Of a stretch of 32,000 nt of DNA, positions 8,311 to 17,079 are shown one piece after another. The stretch lies in contig NC_006576.1 in the NCBI RefSeq assembly GCF_000010065.1, forward strand, positions 2,430,001 through 2,462,000. The letters are read 5' to 3'. This DNA comes from Synechococcus elongatus PCC 6301. GTDB taxonomy: Bacteria; Cyanobacteriota; Cyanobacteriia; Synechococcales; Synechococcaceae. Made by a program: the position numbers and the translations under genes. The notes beneath the pieces were generated by a model, which saw only the letters and a list, made by a program, of their open reading frames with translations, was not told where the DNA came from and did no database searches. Position 1 is the first letter of the stretch; every line of letters begins with the position of its first letter.

Positions 8311-10026
8311 CTAGTAGTGGTTGCCGACTTTGCGGTGGTGAACGGCGGTGCGAACATCGGCCCGCGAGACACGGCCTTGTTCAACTTGGCAGTACACCAG
8401 CCAGTGATCGCTGCGATCCATGCGGCTGGCCACTTCGCACTCCAGATAGGCCAAGGCTGCTGTCAGAATGGGGCTTCCGTTGCTGGCGGTTTGGGTTTCG
8501 ACACCGGCAAAGCGATCGGCCCCAGGTGGGAAACGCTTGAGGAAATGCTTCATCAGCGGTGCATAGTTGTCTTCACCTAGGATGTTGAGGACAAATCGAT
8601 CGCCCACCTGCATCAGCGACTCGATTGCCCGATCCTTGGCGACCGCGACGGTAAAGCCCAGTGGCTTAAAGCTGGCTTGCACCACCCACGAGGCCAGCAT
8701 GGCACCGCTGACTTCGCCCTTACGCGCTGTGATGATGTAGAGCCCACCACTCAGCCGTCCCAGCGCTTTATCGAGGTCGCTGTTCAGCGACTTCATCGTC
8801 TGGATAGCGTCAGCGCGAGTCAACCATTGGCCTAAGTCTGTGCCCGATTCTTCGCACTGCTGGTAGATCGCCTCCGTCGGCTGATCCTTGACGCGTATGG
8901 GTGGGAAAGCCGTATGCAGACCTAGATTACGGAACTGGGCCAGCAGAGCATCGATCGGCTCGTCATCGCCACCGTAGGAATCGAACAGGCCGATCGCTTG
9001 CTTATTGTGGGCAGCGGCAAAAATCGTGCTTAGGGCTGTTGCGACTGCCTCGGAAGGTTGACTGGGCGGCGTACCCAACACAATCCCCCGCGCACTGCTG
9101 ACGGCTTCAATCAACTCCTGCGGATCGACGGCTCGCAGATCGACCATTTCCACCGCGACGCCTGTTTTGACCAAGCCGCGACCGATCGCTTGCGAAAGGC
9201 GATCGCTGTAGCCATAGTCCGACAGGTAGCCAATCAAAACGCTGGTTTCAGCAGTCGCTTTTTGCTCGCTCCAATGCTGATAGCGATCGACCCACTCTTG
9301 CAGGTTACGGCGCAGCAAGGGCCCATGACCCGTGGCGATCGTGGTGATTTCGCCGAGGGCTTTCATCCGTTTCAATGCCGCCAACACCGATCGCGCATTG
9401 GGAGCCATCAGGCATTCATAGTAGTACTGAAAATCGCCTTCGATCTGCTGCAGATCTTCATCGAAGGTGCGCTCGTCGCAGAAGTGCATGCCAAAGGCAT
9501 CGCAGGTGAAGAGGATTTGGCTAGCGGGATCGTAAGTGAAGATTGTGTCCGGCCAGTGCAGGTTTGGCGCGCTGACGAACTCGAGCTCGTGACCCTGGCC
9601 AAGGTCGAGTCGATCGCCGTTTTTGACTTGCAGCTTTTGGAAGGGGCGATGGACTTGGTTCTCGAGGAACTGCAGCGCCACTTTAGAACCGACGACCGTT
9701 ACATTCGGCGCGATCGCGAGAATATCGCCGACTAGACCGCTGTGATCCGGCTCCGTGTGACTGATGATCAGGTAATCCAGTGTGCTCAGGTCGGTCAGTT
9801 CCCGCAGCTGGTCAACATAGGTGGCCTGAAACTTGGCGTGGGAGGTGTCGACCAGTGCTTTGCGATCGGCTTCAATCAGAAAAGAGTTGTAGGTCGTGCC
9901 GTTCTGGAGCCCAAACTCGATATCAAAACGGCTGCGATCCCAGTCCAAAGAGCGAATCGTGGTGGTCTGAGGTCCAATGGCTTCAACGGCCAAGCTGAGG
10001 CGAGGCGCTGGGGTAGTGGCGACCAT
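8311..10026 (-). CDS. flv3: Flavodiiron protein, Flv3-like (intact diiron ligand motif)
   Basis: LIISHTEPDHSG, NLHWPDTIFTY, LFTCDAFGMHFCD and ATGHGPLLR metal-ligand motifs. Flavodoxin domain (SVLIGYLSDYGYSDRLSQAIGRG) and flavin-reductase domain. Confidence 0.93.
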   Translation of the reverse strand: MVATTPAPRLSLAVEAIGPQTTTIRSLDWDRSRFDIEFGLQNGTTYNSFLIEADRKALVDTSHAKFQATYVDQLRELTDLSTLDYLIISHTEPDHSGLVGDILAIAPNVTVVGSKVALQFLENQVHRPFQKLQVKNGDRLDLGQGHELEFVSAPNLHWPDTIFTYDPASQILFTCDAFGMHFCDERTFDEDLQQIEGDFQYYYECLMAPNARSVLAALKRMKALGEITTIATGHGPLLRRNLQEWVDRYQHWSEQKATAETSVLIGYLSDYGYSDRLSQAIGRGLVKTGVAVEMVDLRAVDPQELIEAVSSARGIVLGTPPSQPSEAVATALSTIFAAAHNKQAIGLFDSYGGDDEPIDALLAQFRNLGLHTAFPPIRVKDQPTEAIYQQCEESGTDLGQWLTRADAIQTMKSLNSDLDKALGRLSGGLYIITARKGEVSGAMLASWVVQASFKPLGFTVAVAKDRAIESLMQVGDRFVLNILGEDNYAPLMKHFLKRFPPGADRFAGVETQTASNGSPILTAALAYLECEVASRMDRSDHWLVYCQVEQGRVSRADVRTAVHHRKVGNHY

Positions 10027-10091
10027 GAATCCCTCCGAGGCTGTAAATTCGCTGTTTTGTTATTGTGACGCGATCGCCCGCGTCTGGGTGA

Positions 10092-10835
10092 ATGAGCCGG
10101 TTAGTCCTTGCCATTGGAAATTCGCGCTGGCATTGGGGGATCTTCTCTAGGGATCAAGCGCCTCAATTTTGGGATGCGATCGCTCCGCATCAGCCCTTCA
10201 GTCGGTCGGACCTCGCCACCTTCCTGCAAGCCCAAGATCCAGCAATCGTTGCGGATACGCCGATCGCGATCGCCAGTGTCGTCCCGCAGCAGCTGGCTTT
10301 ACTCCCAGAAGACTGGCCTCAACGCCGGCTACAGCTTAGGGATGTGCCGTTGACAAATTGCTATCCGCAACTGGGCTTAGATCGGGCGATCGCGCTCTAC
10401 GAGGCGGGCTGCCAAGCCGGTTGGCCCGTGTTGATGATTGACTGCGGCACTGCGATCACGATTAATGCCGGCGATGCAGAGGGACAGTTTGCCGGTGGGG
10501 CAATTTTGCCCGGAGTAACTTTGCAACTGCGATCGCTCGCCCAAGGAACGGCTGCTCTCCCGAGTGTCGAAATATCGGCTGAAGGCGATCGCTGGGGGAT
10601 GGATAATCAGTCAGCGATCGCTAGCGGCGTGATCTACGGAATCGCAGGAGCACTCAGAGGGTTTATTGAAGATTGGCGATCGCATCATCCACAACGGCCG
10701 ATCTATTTCACTGGCGGCGATGGTGAATTACTGGCAAAACTATTGACTGATTTACCGGATATTCGGGTTGAGCCGCATCTCTTGTTACACGGGATCGATC
10801 GCTTAGCTCAGGCAATGATGACAGACCCAGATTGA
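10092..10835 (+). CDS. coaX: Type III pantothenate kinase
   Basis: N-terminal LAIGNSRWHWG, central MLIDCGTAITINAGD, and GGAILPGVTLQLRSLAQGTAALP, typical of CoaX. Confidence 0.9.
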   Translation: MSRLVLAIGNSRWHWGIFSRDQAPQFWDAIAPHQPFSRSDLATFLQAQDPAIVADTPIAIASVVPQQLALLPEDWPQRRLQLRDVPLTNCYPQLGLDRAIALYEAGCQAGWPVLMIDCGTAITINAGDAEGQFAGGAILPGVTLQLRSLAQGTAALPSVEISAEGDRWGMDNQSAIASGVIYGIAGALRGFIEDWRSHHPQRPIYFTGGDGELLAKLLTDLPDIRVEPHLLLHGIDRLAQAMMTDPD

Positions 10836-11254
10836 TAGTCCTGAAGTTGTCGAGCATGGTCATGACTGTAAGGCCCAGCCGGGAGGCGATCGGGCGGAAA
10901 GCTAGCGATCGCTTGCACCTCATGGCGATCGCCCACTTGTAAATTCCCGGTAACCGTCACCGCCAAGGCAATACAGACGGCGTGAAGGCGAGGATCGCGA
11001 TCGGGCGCACTATAAACCCCAACCAGACGATCGACGTTGACTAAAACTAGACCCGTTTCTTCCCGCAATTCCCGAGCCGCTGCTTGCTCTAATGTCTCGC
11101 CGCGATCGATCAGACCACCGGGCAGACTCCAGCCCCCATCATCAGCTCGCTGAATCAAGACCAGTTCGCCATTTGGCAAAGTCGCGATCAATGACACCGA
11201 AATGAGCGGACGCTTAAGGAGCGATCGCAGCCCAGCCCAAAGCCAAGACAACAT
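10808..11254 (-). CDS. Nudix hydrolase
   Basis: Perfect Nudix box GGLIDRGETLEQAAARELREETGL. Preceded by an N-terminal hydrophobic/basic segment. Confidence 0.92.
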   Translation of the reverse strand: MLSWLWAGLRSLLKRPLISVSLIATLPNGELVLIQRADDGGWSLPGGLIDRGETLEQAAARELREETGLVLVNVDRLVGVYSAPDRDPRLHAVCIALAVTVTGNLQVGDRHEVQAIASFPPDRLPAGPYSHDHARQLQDYQSGSVIIA

Positions 11255-11309
11255 TGAGTTAGCTCCTCAGAGTTGGAATGGGGAGATCAGCGATCGCTCG
11301 CATTCAATC

Positions 11310-11783
11310 TCACTCGGCAACGGCGACACCCAAATCAGTCAAGATTTGCCGCGCGTGGGTTTCGGGTTTGACCTTGGTGTAAATCTGCTCGATCTTGCCC
11401 TCGACATCGATTACATACGTGTGGCGCATCATGCCCATGTACTCCCGCCCCATGAATTTCTTGAGGCCGTAGCTGTCGTAGGCGCTGGCGACAGCGGCAT
11501 CCGCATCAGTAAGCAATGTAAAAGGCAGCTCGTACTTCGCAATAAACTTCTGGTGTTTGCTGGCAGGATCTTTGCTGACCCCCAGAACAACAATCCCGGC
11601 TTGCTCAAACAAGCTGAAATCGTCCCGAAAGCCACAGGCTTCCTTGGTGCAGCCCGGCGTGTCGTCCTTCGGGTAGAAGTAGATCACCACTCGCTGACCT
11701 CGCAGGTCAGTCAGGCTGACGGGATTACCTTGTTGATCTGGCAGCGTAAAATCTGGCGCGCGATCGCCCACTTGTAACGGCAT
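11310..11783 (-). CDS. prxQ: Peroxiredoxin Q / bacterioferritin comigratory protein
   Basis: VVIYFYPKDDTPGCTKEACGFRD motif with Cys-x4-Cys spacing. 157 aa. Confidence 0.95.
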   Translation of the reverse strand: MPLQVGDRAPDFTLPDQQGNPVSLTDLRGQRVVIYFYPKDDTPGCTKEACGFRDDFSLFEQAGIVVLGVSKDPASKHQKFIAKYELPFTLLTDADAAVASAYDSYGLKKFMGREYMGMMRHTYVIDVEGKIEQIYTKVKPETHARQILTDLGVAVAE

Positions 11784-11797
11784 CGATCTACAGCAGA

Positions 11798-12577
11798 ATG
11801 CAACGCCCCAACCCTAGCGATGCGGTTCCAGTGCCGTCAATTCCTAGTTGCGATCGTGGCCCAATCCCCAACCCTGTGACTTGGCGTACGAGTCCCGAAC
11901 CACTCTTTTTATCAGCACAGACGGTGCATCTCTGGCGTTGCTCCCTGACGCGATCACTCAGCTCTGCTGAACAGGCGATCGTGGCAGCCGATTGCGATCG
12001 TGCCCAAGCCTACGGCTCTAACCGTCGTCACCAGTTCCTGTGTGGACGCTGGTGGTTGCGGCAGCTTCTCAGCCTCTATCTCCCAGAAGAACCAGCAGAC
12101 TTTCGTTTCCAGCTCAGTCCAACGGGCAAGCCAGAATTGCCACAATCCAATCTCTGCTTCAACCTCAGTCACAGTGGCTCAACGCTGTTGATTGCGATCG
12201 CTTGGCAACCTGTGGGCGTGGATGTGGAACAACCGCGATCGCGATCTTGGTTAGCCTTGGCGCGTCGCTACTTCCCATCTGCCGAACTGGCAGCAATGCA
12301 ACAGTCGACTGACTGCGATCGCTGGGGACTGGCCAGTTGGGTCTGTAAAGAAGCCTGGATCAAAGCCCAGGGACGAACTTTGGCCAATTCTCTCCGTCAT
12401 TTGCAGTGTGCCTGGACTGCCAATGGGCAACCCCGGTTGTCTGGGCTAGGGAGCGAAGAAAGTCAGGTGCAGCTGCTGCAAGTCGATCCGCAGGAACAGC
12501 TGTGGGCGGCGATCGCGATGCCTGCTGGGTGGAACTACCAAACTTGGACAGCCGCCATAATCCGGAAAAATCATTAA
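11798..12577 (+). CDS. 4'-phosphopantetheinyl transferase, Sfp type; start codon uncertain
   Basis: HFNLSHSGSTLLIAIAWQPVGVDVEQPR and WVCKEAWIKAQGRTL motifs. The first ~40 aa look unlike the family. Confidence 0.88.
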   Translation: MQRPNPSDAVPVPSIPSCDRGPIPNPVTWRTSPEPLFLSAQTVHLWRCSLTRSLSSAEQAIVAADCDRAQAYGSNRRHQFLCGRWWLRQLLSLYLPEEPADFRFQLSPTGKPELPQSNLCFNLSHSGSTLLIAIAWQPVGVDVEQPRSRSWLALARRYFPSAELAAMQQSTDCDRWGLASWVCKEAWIKAQGRTLANSLRHLQCAWTANGQPRLSGLGSEESQVQLLQVDPQEQLWAAIAMPAGWNYQTWTAAIIRKNH

Positions 12578-12644
12578 GAGATTTAGCAATTTTTTCTTTT
12601 TCAGAGACTAAGTTTTTAGTTTGAAAAGATCTTCAGACTGAGGC

Positions 12645-13208
12645 GTGGCTCGGTTGCTTCTTCTACGTAAGCTCTTGACGGTCTTAGTCGTCCTGCTGGG
12701 GACAGGCTTGGCTGCCTATTGGGCGGTCGTCACCTATCGCAGCCAACAGGGGCTAGGGACTCGAGCCGCTACGCCCCTGCCGGAGTTTTTGGATCAGTTG
12801 CCAGACAACTTGCGGTTTCGGGAGCTGGATTCCCGCATTGGCAAAACCCGTTCCGTCAGCTTGGCACTGTCTGAAGTCAACTCCGCCCAAATGGTCAACT
12901 ACATCTGGGGGGGATTCCAGCCCTCCTTTGCAGCTTTGGGTGTGACGCCAACAGTAGTTGGTTATAAGTTTGAACTGGAGGTAACACCCCAGCAATCCAT
13001 TACGCGGGCGCTGCCAACGCAAGACTTTTCTCCCAGCTTCATTGGGGCTGTTGTGCCAGATGGCGATCGCGTTTTTGAACTTCGCTGTCAAAGTATCGAG
13101 CCGCGCCGAGTCAGTCTTGCCCCACCTGTCCTTGAGAGCAATCAGTTGGTCTGTGGACCAGACTCTGTCCCGTTAGCGACTGCCTCTACACAGCCGACAG
13201 CTCGTTAA
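12645..13208 (+). CDS. Hypothetical protein with N-terminal membrane anchor (conserved-looking, 187 aa)
   Basis: GTG-start ORF with a hydrophobic N-terminus (LLTVLVVLLGTGLAAYWAVV) and a globular soluble remainder. Well placed between same-strand genes. Confidence 0.75.
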   Translation: MARLLLLRKLLTVLVVLLGTGLAAYWAVVTYRSQQGLGTRAATPLPEFLDQLPDNLRFRELDSRIGKTRSVSLALSEVNSAQMVNYIWGGFQPSFAALGVTPTVVGYKFELEVTPQQSITRALPTQDFSPSFIGAVVPDGDRVFELRCQSIEPRRVSLAPPVLESNQLVCGPDSVPLATASTQPTAR

Positions 13209-13268
13209 ACTAAAGTGGTAATGAGTCCAAGGTGTCTCATGAGTTGTCCCCTTCGTCGCTAAACCGAT

Positions 13269-13700
13269 ATGTCCGAGACTGCGGCTCAAACCCCGATTCG
13301 CTCCCTTGAGGACGCTCTGAATCGTTGCCAAGACAAAGGCATGCGAGTCAGTCGTCAGCGCCGCTACATCTTGGAATTACTTTGGGACGTTCAAGAGCAT
13401 TTGTCGGCACGAGAAATCTACGATCGCCTCAGTCGGGCAGGCCGTGATATTGGTCATACTTCCGTCTACCAGAATTTAGAAGCCCTTGCCGCCAACGGCA
13501 TTGTTGAATGTCTCGATCGCTCTGAGGGGAGATTGTACGGCAATATCAGCGACTCGCACAGCCACATCAACTGTCTCGATTCCAACCAGATTATTGATGT
13601 TCAAGTGCAGCTCCCGGCTGAGTTGCTCGAACGCTTAGAAGCTGAAACTGGCGTTCGCATTGTGGACTATCGCATTGATTTCTACGGTTATCAGCGATAG
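13269..13700 (+). CDS. Fur-family transcriptional regulator, probably PerR-like
   Basis: Fur HTH (GMRVSRQRRYILELLWDVQEHLSAREIYDRLSRAGRDIGHTSVYQNLEALAANGIVE) followed by HSHINCLDSNQIIDV. Confidence 0.9.
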   Translation: MSETAAQTPIRSLEDALNRCQDKGMRVSRQRRYILELLWDVQEHLSAREIYDRLSRAGRDIGHTSVYQNLEALAANGIVECLDRSEGRLYGNISDSHSHINCLDSNQIIDVQVQLPAELLERLEAETGVRIVDYRIDFYGYQR

Positions 13701-13905
13701 AGAAGTGCCTCTATTCCTGAGTGATAGCGATCGCGCCAACTGGGACACTAAAGCCCTCCCCGTGCGGGTGGCTGGGCCAGTCAAGACTGGCGATCGTGGA
13801 TCGATCTTGAACTGAAATCCGTGTTGTTTGGACACTGTTCGCTAGACCAGGCTGGTAGGCTGTTGTCGGTCGGAGTCATTGCTCCACGCAGCGGTCTCGC
13901 GGTTC

Positions 13906-15528
13906 ATGGCCTTGCCGTTATCAGTCAAAGTTGTTGGCGATTTGCCATTAATCCAGCTAGGTCTGGAAGCGGGTATGGCCGATCGCCCAGGTCTACAACT
14001 GACTCCGCCAGATGGCACAGTTGCTCCTGACGTAGTTTTGTGGGTTGCTGCCCAGCCCCTCGATGCGCAAACTGCATTGCGCTGGCGATCGCAGTATCCC
14101 GAGACGCCGATTCTGGCGATCATTGCCCTGCCGCAGCGATCGCAGCTTTCCATGCTGCAAACCCTAGGGATTGAGGGTGCTTGGGCGATCAGCAGCGATT
14201 TTGATGATCTGGAGGCGACCGTTCAGCAGGTTGCGGCAGGCCAAGCCCGTTGGCCGTTGCCCCAGGATCTGCGCACCCCGATCGCGCCGCCCTTAGGCTT
14301 TTTTCAATGGCTGCATCAATCCAGCTTGGTGCAAATTGACACACAGCTATTGGCGATCGAAGGACAACTGCGCCATCCCCACTGGAACTGGCTCGATCGC
14401 ACTTTTATGACGGGTCGTCGTCGTGAGCTGAAAGCGGCCCGCGCCCTGATGGATTGGCTCTGGAATGGCGGTCAGCCGACTCCCCTATTGGCTTTGGCTC
14501 AGCCCCCTGCTCCTGCTGCTGAATCGCTGGTTCTATCGCCGACCGCGCGTCGCATTCGTGATCGTCAACATCTCAAGGTTCTGCTTTGGGATCAGCTGAC
14601 AGAACGCCTGCAACAACCCCTCAGCAACCTAACAGGTCGCCCCCTAGAGCTAGATATTTTGCGCAGCGATCGTCAGCGCGAACTCTTGGCGATCATTCTG
14701 CGACGCCTCAATGATCTGATTGCCGATCTGCAGTTTTCACAACTGTCGACGGAGCAAATCGTCGAGAAGCTGCCGCAATTGCGCCAAGACCTCTGGCAGC
14801 AGAGCCTCAGTGATTTTTATGGCCGCTACCGCGATCTCCAGCTTGATAGCGCCACCATTGAATTGTCTAGCCGTCTCAGCGATGAGTGGACGCGCTTAGC
14901 ACCGAGTTTAGTTGCCCGCCTGCACGGCGATCGCCAAGTGCTGTTGACTTTGGTGCATGGATTACCGGTGATGATTGACGGTACAGCCTATGCCCTCGAA
15001 GCCCCAGAAGCCCAAGCTCGCCTACAGTTGCTGTTAGAGAACCTGTTGCTGCGGCTGGCCAACGCGATCGTGCAGCCGCTCCTCAATTGCTTCGCGGAAG
15101 TGACAGCCATCAAGCAGGAATTCTACGACGCTCAGCATTTATCGAATCGTGAGCTAACTCGCTTTCGTAACCAACTCAACTGGGCTGATCGCTGGGAGCA
15201 GCTATTAGAAAATCCGCGCTCAATCTATGAAAGTCAGTGGCCTTTGCTGCACTTTGTTGCTGATGGTATCGATCGCTGCCAGGTTTATGCTCCGCGCGAT
15301 CAAGAGCTTCAGCAGCTCTCCGGCGTCCAGCAGACAATCACCCTGGTCATGGAGGCGCGGGATGCGATTGCTCCCCAAGTCAGCGGTCTTATTCGGTGGT
15401 TGGGCAGCGGTGTGGTGTTTGTTCTGACCCAGCTCTTGGGTCGTGGCATTGGTCTTGTGGGGCGGGGAGTGCTGCAAGGGATTGGCAATGCTTGGCAACC
15501 CGATCGCCGCTTGAAGAGCGATCGCTGA
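13906..15528 (+). CDS. DUF3685 / Ycf55-like protein with a response-regulator-like N-terminus
   Basis: Long single ORF. The N-terminus resembles a degenerate receiver (VKVVGDLPLIQLGLEAGMADRPGLQL...PETPILAIIAL). The C-terminus is an alpha-helical region with late hydrophobic segments. Start taken at the internal ATG (MALPLSV). Confidence 0.7.
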   Translation: MALPLSVKVVGDLPLIQLGLEAGMADRPGLQLTPPDGTVAPDVVLWVAAQPLDAQTALRWRSQYPETPILAIIALPQRSQLSMLQTLGIEGAWAISSDFDDLEATVQQVAAGQARWPLPQDLRTPIAPPLGFFQWLHQSSLVQIDTQLLAIEGQLRHPHWNWLDRTFMTGRRRELKAARALMDWLWNGGQPTPLLALAQPPAPAAESLVLSPTARRIRDRQHLKVLLWDQLTERLQQPLSNLTGRPLELDILRSDRQRELLAIILRRLNDLIADLQFSQLSTEQIVEKLPQLRQDLWQQSLSDFYGRYRDLQLDSATIELSSRLSDEWTRLAPSLVARLHGDRQVLLTLVHGLPVMIDGTAYALEAPEAQARLQLLLENLLLRLANAIVQPLLNCFAEVTAIKQEFYDAQHLSNRELTRFRNQLNWADRWEQLLENPRSIYESQWPLLHFVADGIDRCQVYAPRDQELQQLSGVQQTITLVMEARDAIAPQVSGLIRWLGSGVVFVLTQLLGRGIGLVGRGVLQGIGNAWQPDRRLKSDR

Positions 15529-15642
15529 TATCCATTGCATTGTCCAGAGGGGGTGCGATCGTGATTCAACGGGTGCCAGCGTTCAGTCGCGCAGGGTTGC
15601 TCCGTCGCTTGTGAGCTTGAGTGTGAACCCATGAGTCGCTGC

Positions 15643-16359
15643 TCAAAGCACTGACAAAAGACAAGCAGCTACGGCTTGGGGCGCAGAGAGGTAGGGATTG
15701 TGACTGGTGTCCAAAGTCAGAAGGCGATCGCAACCTCCAGCTTCCGCCATGCGGCGCTGAGTAGTGGGACCAATCACTTTGTCCTGAGTGCAGAGGATGT
15801 AGACCTTGGGGACTCGCCCCATTCGCTCAGCCGTAACTTGCACTGGTGTGGTGAGAGGCGCCACCGCTTGGGGTGTAATCAACGATCGCACCAGGGCCAT
15901 ATCTTCGGCAGAACAGTCCGCATAACCTAACTCCTGTAAGGCTTCTGGCCGGCAAGTCGCCGAGAGTTGATCTTCGGAAAAGACAGTCGTGCCCGCCATC
16001 AGTGACTCGTTGTCCGTCTGGGAAATGCTCAGGGGACTCTCTCCATTTCGCAGTAGATAACCTGCCAGATAGACCAAGGTCTGAATTTTGTCAGGGTAAG
16101 CTTCTGCTGCTTGGCTGATCACCGCTCCGCCCAAGCTGTGCCCCACTAACACCACTGGCTCTGATTGGGCTTGTAGGATGTCGCAGACGGAGTCTGCATA
16201 GCGAGCAAGCGTCACCTCTGCTATGGGCTGAGGATTGCGACCATGCCCAGGTAGGTCTGGGCTGATCACGGTGTGTCCTTGCGACTCCAGTCGAGGAGCA
16301 ACTTTATGCCAGACCCAAGCCCCTGAACCTGCGCCGTGAATCAGAACAAAGGTAGCCAT
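15643..16359 (-). CDS. Alpha/beta hydrolase (esterase / hydroxynitrile lyase-like)
   Basis: FVLIHGAGSGAWVWHKVAPRL, nucleophile elbow VGHSLGGAV, acid CTQDKVIG, and histidine LDTSHNPYLSAP. Confidence 0.92.
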   Translation of the reverse strand: MATFVLIHGAGSGAWVWHKVAPRLESQGHTVISPDLPGHGRNPQPIAEVTLARYADSVCDILQAQSEPVVLVGHSLGGAVISQAAEAYPDKIQTLVYLAGYLLRNGESPLSISQTDNESLMAGTTVFSEDQLSATCRPEALQELGYADCSAEDMALVRSLITPQAVAPLTTPVQVTAERMGRVPKVYILCTQDKVIGPTTQRRMAEAGGCDRLLTLDTSHNPYLSAPQAVAACLLSVL

Positions 16360-16500
16360 TGTTGTTTTGCCTTGACCGCACAGGCCGACTATATCGGCGC
16401 TGAGGAAAGCTCTAGAAAAACTGAGGATTCATGACCAACCCTCATCGGCATAGCTGTTGTCAATTAAGACCAAAATTCTTGGGCGATCGCTGTTCACAAT

Positions 16501-16526
16501 AAAGCCGGCACGATCGCACCGGCTTT
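16501..16526 (-). terminator. Stem-loop, probable rho-independent terminator for the LTxxQ protein gene
   Basis: Perfect inverted repeat AAAGCCGG-CACGATCGCA-CCGGCTTT. On the minus strand it is followed by ...CTTTATT, and it lies about 70 bp past the stop at 16596. Confidence 0.7.
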
Positions 16527-16595
16527 CCACGCACAGACAACTGCATCTCCAAAAGTCAGGACTGAGTGAGGGTCAGCCTAGAATCTGGAGGAGGA

Positions 16596-17045
16596 TTAGA
16601 TCGGGGCCTGCATTCCGTTCCGATCGCGCCATTGCTGACGGCGTTCGGACCGTTGTTGTTCAAACTGCTGACGCTGCTCAGGGGTCAGGACGGCGCGGAG
16701 TTTTAGGCTGCGTTGAAAGCGGAGCTGCTGAGCTTGTTGCTTGAGGGCATTGACTTGAGCTTGCTGCTGCGTGAGTTGAGCATCGCTAGCGTTGCTCGCC
16801 CACAGCTGTCGGAGCTGGGTTTCTGCCGCTTTAATCTGCTCGCGCAGTCGCTTCATTTCTGCTTTGTCTTGCTCGCGGATGCCGCTTAGCTGTTGGCGTT
16901 GTTCAGGAGTCAGGTTCAAGCGCTCCCAGCGCTGCATGCGCTCGGGACGATTACCAGCCGGGCCCGATTGGGCATAAGCGATCGTTGGGATGGCCAGTGC
17001 CCCCAACAGACCTACCAGCGCGAGCTTCTGAATCAGTCGAGACAT
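16596..17045 (-). CDS. Exported Spy/CpxP-like LTxxQ-motif protein
   Basis: Signal peptide MSRLIQKLALVGLLGALAIPTIAYA-Q, two LTPEQRQQ motifs, and a highly charged Gln-rich helical body. The track ORF extends to 17291, but MSRL is the natural start. Confidence 0.85.
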   Translation of the reverse strand: MSRLIQKLALVGLLGALAIPTIAYAQSGPAGNRPERMQRWERLNLTPEQRQQLSGIREQDKAEMKRLREQIKAAETQLRQLWASNASDAQLTQQQAQVNALKQQAQQLRFQRSLKLRAVLTPEQRQQFEQQRSERRQQWRDRNGMQAPI

Positions 17046-17079
17046 AGGAGTGAGAATGTAGAGGAACTCGCTGGGCTCT

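Noticed and set aside
9058-9735. 225-aa plus-strand ORF antisense to flv3
   Set aside because: Lies wholly inside the strongly supported flv3 reading frame. It looks like a mirror ORF from GC-biased codons, with no recognisable family.
11202-11777. 191-aa plus-strand ORF over prxQ
   Set aside because: Antisense shadow of a clear peroxiredoxin Q gene.
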